NCBI GenBank assembly: GCA_038060895.1
Contig: JBBTCT010000012.1
Coordinates: 41,699-105,698, forward strand
DNA: 64,000 bases
Direction: 5' to 3'
DNA from: Planctomycetota bacterium
Lineage (GTDB): Bacteria > Planctomycetota > MHYJ01 > WSZJ01
Numbering within the stretch: position 1 is the stretch's first letter; each line of letters opens with the position of its first letter. Under the pieces are notes generated by a model. It searched no databases, was not told the origin of the DNA, and saw only the letters and a program-made list of their open reading frames with translations. Positions 58,001 through 64,000 of this stretch are shown here, piece by piece. Both the position numbers and the translations under genes were made by a program.

Positions 58001-61000
58001 GTGCTCTCCGACGCGGAGTCGCCGGACGCGGAGCCGCTGGCCCGGCAGGCGCGGGAACTATCGAAGCGCGCGGGGTTCCTGTCCTCGTACCAGAGCGCGT
58101 GCAATCTCCTGGCGCGGCTGGCGTCGAAGCGGGCGGAGTTCGAGGAGTGCCGGAAGATCCTCTCCGAAATCCTCGCGGACAAGGAGACGAACATCGGCGT
58201 CCTGGTGGACTCCCAGCTCGCGGACACGGATGCCGCCATTCGCCTGGGGAAAGGCGAAGAGGGAATGGCGGGGCTCGCCGCCCTCGCCGCGCGGCTGAAG
58301 GACCTGCCGCCGTCGACGTGGGTCATCGGATTCCAGGTCGACCGCGCGGGAATCCTGATCCAGGCGGGCCACCTGCTCGACGCAAAGTACTTCGACGAGG
58401 CCGCCGCCGTCCTCGACGCCGTCGCGGCTCCGCTGGCAACGATCGACGCTCCCGGGATGGCGAATTACTTCCGCTTCTGCCTCGGCCGCGTCGCCGCAGC
58501 GCGCGGCGACGGCGCGAAATCCGAAGAGCATTTCCGGGCGTGCATTCCTTTCCTCCTTTCCCAGCCCTCCCAGGTCAGCCGGGCGACGACGCGGGCGTGG
58601 CTCGCCGTTTCCCAGGAGGCGATGGGCCGGCTGCCGCAGGCGAGGGAGCTTTGGGTGCAAGCCGAAGAGGACATGCTGCGCGCCGGACTCCAGCCGCTCT
58701 GGCAAAGCTACATCCGGGCGCTTCCCCGGATGGCCGCGCTGGCCGCTTCAGAAGCGAGCGAAGCGCGGACCGAGGTCCGGCCTGCGCCGCCGTCGGGGCT
58801 TCTGCTGGACATCCCGCCGTTCGTGGGGCGGGAAGCGGAGATGGAGTGGCTGCGCGAGCGGATGAAGGAAACGCTCGAGAAGAAATCGGGCGGGCTCGTC
58901 GTCTTCCGGGGCCCGACGGGGATCGGGAAAACTCGGCTGCTGCGCGAATTCGGCGCGGTCGCCGCGCGCGACGGCATCGCGGTGCTGACGGGCGTGGCGC
59001 GCGAGGAGAACCGGGCGGTCGCCCACGGCCCGTGGATCCCGATTGCGAGGCAGGCGCTCGAACTTCTCCCCGAAAACCGCGTCGCCCCCGACCTTGCGGC
59101 CGCTCTTCGCGCCGGAGTCCCGGAGCTGGCCGATCTCCCGCGGCTGGCCCGCATTGCCCCGGGGGAAGTTCGCGTCCCGAAAGGAGAACTGACTCCCGAA
59201 ATCGAGCGCCTGCGGGTTCACGACGCCATCGCACGGCTGGTGGAGGGCGTGGCGGCCGGCGCCGGAAAGGACAAGCCGGGGCTGGTCCTCATCCTCGACG
59301 ATGCCAGCGCGGCCGACGAGTCTTCCCTCGACCTGCTCGCCTTCCTCGCCCGCTCCGTCCGCCGCCACCCCGTGCTCTTCCTCGCCAACTTCAACACGGA
59401 GGACGCCGGCGAGGCCCATCCGCTCTCGCGCCGCCTCGCCGCCCTGGTTCGCGACCGGGAAGCGGTCCTTCGCGAGCTCGATCCGCTGCGTGCCTCCGAC
59501 ATCGTCACGCTCGTCACCGCCCTGGTCGGCCAGCGTCGCGACGCCGCCGACCTGGCCGCCGTCGTCGCGGAAAAATCGGGAGGCAACCCGCTCTTCGCGC
59601 GTGAACTCCTCCTCGCAATTTTCCGCGGCGGGCTCGTCGAGGAAAACGACGAGCGGTACAAGCTGAAGACGCAGTCGATCCGTCTTCCCGACACCATCGC
59701 GGGACTCCTCCGCCACCAGCTCGAGGGTCTCAACCCCGACGTCCTGCGCGTCCTCTCAGGCGCCTCCGTCATCGGGCGCGAGTTCGACTTCGAGACGCTC
59801 ATGGACATCTCCTCGGCGCAGGAAAAGCAGCTCGTCGATTGGCTCGAAGGCCTCGTCAAGATCGGCATCCTCGAGTCCGTCCCGGAAGACCCCCTCGGCC
59901 GCGACCTGTACCGCTTCCAGGCACCCCAGATGCGCGAAGTCATCTACAGCGGCGTCCCGAAAGTCGAACGCGAGGTCCTCCACCGGCGCGTCGCCGAGTC
60001 GCTCGAACGCGCGAGCCTCGCCCGCAAGGGCGTGAGCGCGGGCGAACTGGCGCACCACTTCGTGCTGGGCGGCGGCGGCCGGAAGGCGCGCGACTATTCG
60101 CTGGAGGCCGGCATCAAGGCGTCCAAGGTGTGCGCCAACGGCGAGGCCAAGTCGCACCTCGAGAACGCCTTGAGGGTCATGAAGTCCGACGCGGCGCTCC
60201 AGGATCGCGGCAAGTCCTTCGACGCGCTCAGCGAACTCGCGCAGGTCCAGATGCGTGTCGGTGAAAACGCCGAGGCACGGCGCCTTTGCGACGAAGCGGT
60301 CGCCGTCGCCGAGACGCCGGTCCAGCGCGCCCGCCTCGGCCGGGCGCTGGCGCAGGCGATGCACCGCGCCGGCGACCTCAAGGAGGCCGCGCGCATCTGC
60401 GACGAGACCCTCCGCCGTCTCGCCCTCGACCTCTCCGGCAAGGGCGCCCAGGATTTCCGCACGTCGCTTCCCCGCCCCGCTGACATTCCCCAGGACGCCG
60501 CGGAGCATGCCGCGGGGCTCCTCGGGACACTGTCGTTCGAGCACAGCTACCTCGGCAACCGGGTGCTGTCGCAGGAACTCTGCGTCCTGTCACGCCAGTA
60601 CGCGGAGCGCACCCAGAAGCCGGAAGCCATCGCCAACGCCCTCAAGACCGAAGCGTTCGTGCTGCAGGACGACGGCAAGCACGAGCAGGCACGGGCCGCC
60701 TACGAACAGGCGCTTCGCCTCCAGCGCGCCCAGGGGAACAGGTGGGCCGAAGCGGCGCTTCTGAACAATCTTGCCGGCGTGGACACCTCCTCCGGCCACG
60801 TCCGGGAAGGGCTCGACCGGTACATCGCTTCCGCCCGGCTTTTCGCCGAGGTCGGCGACCTAGTAGAGCACGGCCGCCAGCTCACCAACATCGGCCGCGC
60901 GCAGCTCGACCTGGGCGACTGGAAGGACGCCGAGGTCACCCTCGTGCAGGCGCTCGACCTCAACGTCCGCCTGCGCGAGCGCCGCTCGATGTGCTTCGTC

Positions 61001-61636
61001 CACTCCGACCTCGCCCGCCTCTACCTCGACCGCGACGAGCGCGAAAAGGCCCGCGGCCACGCCCAGAAAGCCCTCGAGCTCGCCGAGGACCTCGGCTACA
61101 TCGCCCTCCAGCTCGGCGCCCTTCACCTCCTCAGCGCCGTCGCGATCCGTGCCGGCAATTTCGCCGGGTCCCGCGAGTTCACGCGCCGGGCCCTCGCGCT
61201 CGCCCGCGAAAGGCAGATCCCCGGATCCGTCGTCGTCGCTTCCATCGACGCCCTCGAAACCGAAGCGGGCGCCGGCGAGCTGGCGGAAGCGGCGCGCCTG
61301 CTCCAGGAAGCGCGCGCCGCGGCGGGCGCCGAGAGCGGCCCCGCGCTCGACCGCGCCGAGGGAGTCCTTGCGGAGGCGAAGGGCGACTTCGGTCCCGCCG
61401 CGAGCGCCTACTCCCGGTCTCTCGCGAGCGTCGAGAAAGGCGAGAATCCGTTCGCAAGCGCGGCCGCCCGCCTCGATGTCGCAAGGGCCCTCGATTCCAT
61501 GCTCAAGCGCGACAACGGCATGAACGCCGCGGAAGCGCGCGCAGCGCTGGAATCCGCGTTGCCGATCTTCGTGAGGCTCGGAGCGAAGTGGCATGAAGCC
61601 TGCGCGAAAGGCCTCCTGGCCGGCCTTCCCGCGTGA
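55091..61636 (+). CDS. 2181-aa Ser/Thr kinase - STAND(AAA) - TPR - STAND(AAA) - TPR protein
   Basis: Kinase GQGGMG/HRDLKPSN/DFG/APE; Walker A GEAGIGKT (~56108) and GPTGIGKT (~58909), each with a Walker B DD motif, a GxP motif and downstream TPRs. Confidence 0.9.
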   Translation: MSLPPDDRALVGTVVRDRYEVLRLLGQGGMGSVYAVKDRQSGAERALKVLGTTQGGLRIAQHRFKREFSTISRVSHPGIVAVYDFGELNGVLFYVMELLTNATIAERIPKPPELPDRAKITASLKMMSEVIDALAYVHQHHLIHRDLKPSNLIFGADGKPRITDFGLAKDFDNAITLTESGSILGTLSHMAPEQLQGRKIDHRADLYATGIILYQLVCGRLPFSETNPLALMRQQVTQAPLAPSKHNPAVPRELDDVIMKLLARDPVDRYPNANLLAADVAAVIKGDKPAASAAGAQSTDQRTTIATAAGYVGRQEDLQKMQSVLEQAGAGEGGTAVILGEAGIGKTRFVEEFCARALMYGVTFLKGRADRRAGVFYRPFIEMIEAYSARIGQYDADLEVALFSDIGRVLSRLVPRLLERKSIAEAPEPSALEPGENKVRLFDAVTRFFLRIAQQETLVLFFDDFQQVDELSLELFQYLGRNARTARLVLVAACRGEDLAPRGGKAHPVDATLTALKREGVKCETITLKRLSEADTARLAAALAPGVELSKLFVERLHGRTAGVPYFVEELLRWLREQGALEKGQWPEEVPETVEAVLRERLEGIDEKVLGALRGAAVVGEEFEFEVLLRATGEDEGALLEAIDSGVRAKVLKERPGERYAFVHPLLRMMLYSKMLPRRRKLLHSAIAKALEERSGDTGTREAAEALAYHWTNAGDREKATGYAIEAARKAFGVYANEAARGHAEAAVRGLEDKSDPATMQRMYDTLDLLYDILMVSGSSVDGTAAANRMVLIAGQLADPERRAKAHYKLARAEQQAGHYQATIAHLGEALRETQSPALRVISMGVLAFTLAEKLGKPHEGLAMAEEAVKLSEGITDNVARFQAMNSLGVARLRGGQLAAAADQMRKNVEFAREKGMKLQECGALNNLSVAFESMNRHDEQLVTLKEALDRARQIGFLAGECLYLVGLASVLSDAESPDAEPLARQARELSKRAGFLSSYQSACNLLARLASKRAEFEECRKILSEILADKETNIGVLVDSQLADTDAAIRLGKGEEGMAGLAALAARLKDLPPSTWVIGFQVDRAGILIQAGHLLDAKYFDEAAAVLDAVAAPLATIDAPGMANYFRFCLGRVAAARGDGAKSEEHFRACIPFLLSQPSQVSRATTRAWLAVSQEAMGRLPQARELWVQAEEDMLRAGLQPLWQSYIRALPRMAALAASEASEARTEVRPAPPSGLLLDIPPFVGREAEMEWLRERMKETLEKKSGGLVVFRGPTGIGKTRLLREFGAVAARDGIAVLTGVAREENRAVAHGPWIPIARQALELLPENRVAPDLAAALRAGVPELADLPRLARIAPGEVRVPKGELTPEIERLRVHDAIARLVEGVAAGAGKDKPGLVLILDDASAADESSLDLLAFLARSVRRHPVLFLANFNTEDAGEAHPLSRRLAALVRDREAVLRELDPLRASDIVTLVTALVGQRRDAADLAAVVAEKSGGNPLFARELLLAIFRGGLVEENDERYKLKTQSIRLPDTIAGLLRHQLEGLNPDVLRVLSGASVIGREFDFETLMDISSAQEKQLVDWLEGLVKIGILESVPEDPLGRDLYRFQAPQMREVIYSGVPKVEREVLHRRVAESLERASLARKGVSAGELAHHFVLGGGGRKARDYSLEAGIKASKVCANGEAKSHLENALRVMKSDAALQDRGKSFDALSELAQVQMRVGENAEARRLCDEAVAVAETPVQRARLGRALAQAMHRAGDLKEAARICDETLRRLALDLSGKGAQDFRTSLPRPADIPQDAAEHAAGLLGTLSFEHSYLGNRVLSQELCVLSRQYAERTQKPEAIANALKTEAFVLQDDGKHEQARAAYEQALRLQRAQGNRWAEAALLNNLAGVDTSSGHVREGLDRYIASARLFAEVGDLVEHGRQLTNIGRAQLDLGDWKDAEVTLVQALDLNVRLRERRSMCFVHSDLARLYLDRDEREKARGHAQKALELAEDLGYIALQLGALHLLSAVAIRAGNFAGSREFTRRALALARERQIPGSVVVASIDALETEAGAGELAEAARLLQEARAAAGAESGPALDRAEGVLAEAKGDFGPAASAYSRSLASVEKGENPFASAAARLDVARALDSMLKRDNGMNAAEARAALESALPIFVRLGAKWHEACAKGLLAGLPA

Positions 61637-61671
61637 CCCGCCCCCTCGCCACACCCCAACTTTTCCCATAA

Positions 61672-61701
61672 GATTGGAGCTGGGGCTGGAGTTGGAGTTG
61701 G
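61672..61701 (+). repeat. 6-nt tandem unit (GGAGTT-like), single arm
   Basis: attggagctggggctggagttggagttgg upstream of lpdA. Confidence 0.5.
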
Positions 61702-61743
61702 CCTTTTCCACGCCGTTCCCCCCTACCCACCCGGAGACTTCCC

Positions 61744-63138
61744 ATGCGCAAGACCGACACCCTGGTCATCGGCTCCGGCCCCGGCGGCTATGTCGCCGCG
61801 ATCCGCCTGGCCCAGCTCGGAAAGCCGACCACGATCGTCGAGCGCGAAGACCTGGGCGGCGTCTGCCTGAACTGGGGGTGCATTCCCTCGAAAGCTCTCA
61901 TCCATATGTCCACGGAGTACGAGCGTGCGCTTCACGGCTCCGCCATCGGCATCGAGACCACGGGGGTGAGGGCGGATCTCAAGAAGTTCCAGGTCTTCAA
62001 GAAGGGCGTCGTGGACAAGCTCACCGGCGGCGTCGGGATGCTGCTCAAGGGGTACAAGGTCGATGTCGTGAAGGGCCAGGCGAAGTTCACGGGGCCGAAT
62101 ACGGTGGAAGTCGTCGGCAAGAAAGAGACTGACACCGTCGAGTTCAAGAACTGCATCATCGGCACGGGCGCAAGGCCGATCGAGATCCCCGGCTTTGCCT
62201 ACGACGGCAAGAACGTGATCGGCGCCAAGGGAGCGCTCGAGCTCGACGTCCTGCCGCCGCGCCTCGTCGTCATCGGGGGCGGCGTCATCGGCCTCGAGCT
62301 CGGGACGGCGTACGCAAAACTGGGCTCGAAGGTGACGGTCGTCGAGGCCCTGGACCAGCTCCTCCCCGGGCAGGATCCGTCGCTCGTGAAGATCGTCGAG
62401 AAGGGGCTGAAGAAGCGCGGCGTCGAGTGGATGCTGAAGGCGAAGGCGAAGGGCTACAAGGCGGCGGCCGGCGGCCTGGAAGTCGAAGTAGAGACGGAAA
62501 AGGGCCCGGCGAGTATCGCGTGCGACAAGATTCTCGTCGCCGTCGGGTTCCGTCCGATCACGGACATCCTCGACCTCCCGAAGGCGGGCGTGAAAACCAG
62601 CGAGCGCGGTTTCATCGCGACGGACAAGTTCTGCCGCACGAATGTCGCTCACATCTACGCGATCGGCGACGTGAGCGGCCCGCCCTTCCTCGCCCACAAA
62701 GCCTCGAAGGAAGGCATCGTCGCAGCGGAGGTCATCGCGGGGCACAAGAGCGAAAAGGACTTCATCGTTCCCGGCGCCATCTTCACCGACCCGGAAATCG
62801 CGACGGTCGGCATGACAGAAGCGGAGGCCGAGAAGGCCGGCATCCAGGTCAAGGTTGGCAAGTTCGCGTTCATCGCGAACGGCCGTGCTCTGTCGATGAA
62901 CGAGACCGACGGCTTCGTCAAGGTGGTGAGCGACGCGAAGAACGACATCCTGCTGGGCGTGCAGCTGGTCGGGGTGGAGGCCTCGAACCTGATCGGCGAA
63001 GCGACGCTGGCGATCGAGATGAGTGCGAGCGCGGAGGATCTTGCGCTGACGGTTCACGCGCACCCGACGCTGTCGGAGGTCATCATGGAAGCGGCGGAAG
63101 GGGTCTATGGCCGATCGATTCACGGCGTGAACAGGTAG
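61744..63138 (+). CDS. lpdA: Dihydrolipoyl dehydrogenase E3
   Basis: GSGPGGY, GGVCLNWGCIPSK, GGGVIGLE, HAHPTLSE. Confidence 0.97.
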   Translation: MRKTDTLVIGSGPGGYVAAIRLAQLGKPTTIVEREDLGGVCLNWGCIPSKALIHMSTEYERALHGSAIGIETTGVRADLKKFQVFKKGVVDKLTGGVGMLLKGYKVDVVKGQAKFTGPNTVEVVGKKETDTVEFKNCIIGTGARPIEIPGFAYDGKNVIGAKGALELDVLPPRLVVIGGGVIGLELGTAYAKLGSKVTVVEALDQLLPGQDPSLVKIVEKGLKKRGVEWMLKAKAKGYKAAAGGLEVEVETEKGPASIACDKILVAVGFRPITDILDLPKAGVKTSERGFIATDKFCRTNVAHIYAIGDVSGPPFLAHKASKEGIVAAEVIAGHKSEKDFIVPGAIFTDPEIATVGMTEAEAEKAGIQVKVGKFAFIANGRALSMNETDGFVKVVSDAKNDILLGVQLVGVEASNLIGEATLAIEMSASAEDLALTVHAHPTLSEVIMEAAEGVYGRSIHGVNR

Positions 63139-63142
63139 CCCC

Positions 63143-64000
63143 CTACGCCCTGAAACTCGCCGGCCGCACCGAGTGATGCTTCGCGTACTCCATCCACAAA
63201 ACCCAGTACGCCAGGTTCAGCGGCTGGTCCGGCCGCGCGCTTTTCCACGACGCCAGCACCGACCGCGACATCAGCGCGAACCGCTCCCCTGCGGTCGCGC
63301 CCGGCGGCACCTGCACCGGAAAAGCGTGCTGCGCAAAACGGGTCGACAACAGCCCGACCACCTTTTCCGGGAACACCGTCTGCAGGAGAAGGCTCGGGAA
63401 CACGGTCGAGCGACCAATCCCCTTGAACGCGAACTCCCCCTGCATCGCCCCGTCCACCCGTGCTTCAAGCGGCTCGTCCGACCAGAGTAGTTTCTCCAGG
63501 CACTCCGCTAGATGCGGCGTCGATGCGACCTTTCGTCGCTGCGCCCCGAACAGTCCCAGCGGCCACCGCATCGTCGCCCGGTGCGTCTCCTCCGAGAGAA
63601 AACCCAGGACGTTTTCCCCCGTCACCCGGTCGAGCCGCTTCTGGCTCGTCAGCCAGGGGTACTTCGCCCGCAGTTCCTTCGTCCGCTGCGCCCACCATTT
63701 GTGCCACTCGTGGACCCGCGGATTGTCCCCCCACCGCTGGATCAGGCGCTCAAACTGCGGCTCCGCCCTTTCCTCCACCTCGCGGCGGTTTTCCTCAAAC
63801 AACTGAATCCCGCCGTGGGCGATCGCAAAGATCACGCACGGCTCCCCCTCCATCGCCACCGGGTGGTGCACCGACCCACCCTTGTGACAGTGGTAGTCGC
63901 CCTTCCGATACGTCCCCGCGTTGTCGCGGTATCCCCCCGCCAGCACGAGAACCTCTTCGTCGCCGACATGCCGGTGCTGCGGATACCCGCACCCCGCGTC
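63143..64000 (-). CDS. Partial (5' end outside window): ChrR-like cupin fused to a helical domain resembling McrB/restriction N-terminal domains
   Basis: Frame is open to the window end: YPQHRHVGDEEVLVLAGGY...GSVH cupin motif, then LEKLLWSDEPLEARVD...KGIG...SLLL...FPEK. Confidence 0.7.
   Translation of the reverse strand, partial: DAGCGYPQHRHVGDEEVLVLAGGYRDNAGTYRKGDYHCHKGGSVHHPVAMEGEPCVIFAIAHGGIQLFEENRREVEERAEPQFERLIQRWGDNPRVHEWHKWWAQRTKELRAKYPWLTSQKRLDRVTGENVLGFLSEETHRATMRWPLGLFGAQRRKVASTPHLAECLEKLLWSDEPLEARVDGAMQGEFAFKGIGRSTVFPSLLLQTVFPEKVVGLLSTRFAQHAFPVQVPPGATAGERFALMSRSVLASWKSARPDQPLNLAYWVLWMEYAKHHSVRPASFRA

Overview
High-GC (~66%) bacterial chromosome segment, most likely from a planctomycete. 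That assignment is inferred from the protein families present: an IRE-like TPR protein, QW-repeat proteins, DUF1080, many Ser/Thr kinases and a zinc-ribbon/TPR protein. Housekeeping blocks are an ABC-2 transporter module, rsfS, a complete F1Fo ATP synthase operon (atpZ-I-B-E-F'-F-H-A-G-D-C), hemL, mgtE, pyk, mazG, a DHH phosphoesterase and a lipA/2-oxoacid dehydrogenase cluster with two E1-alpha genes. That cluster is interrupted by a C39 peptidase and a 2181-aa kinase-STAND-TPR-STAND-TPR protein. No rRNA, tRNA, CRISPR array or transposase was seen. The main finding is a secreted VIT-vWA gene whose frame, read from ATG 22557 just downstream of a sigma54-type promoter, has an in-frame TGA (22629-22631) at the first residue after a predicted signal peptide. 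A SECIS-like hairpin follows it, so this is a candidate new selenoprotein heading a three-gene vWA cluster. The second theme is a set of gene-less intergenic elements built from 6-10-nt tandem units in inverted arms, two of them near-identical 38 kb apart. Local G-rich to C-rich skew flips are centred on several of them. Also present: an active/dead zinc-peptidase pair, an orphan flgM with a sigma28 promoter and tandem operator, several pseudo-enzymes and many apparently leaderless genes.
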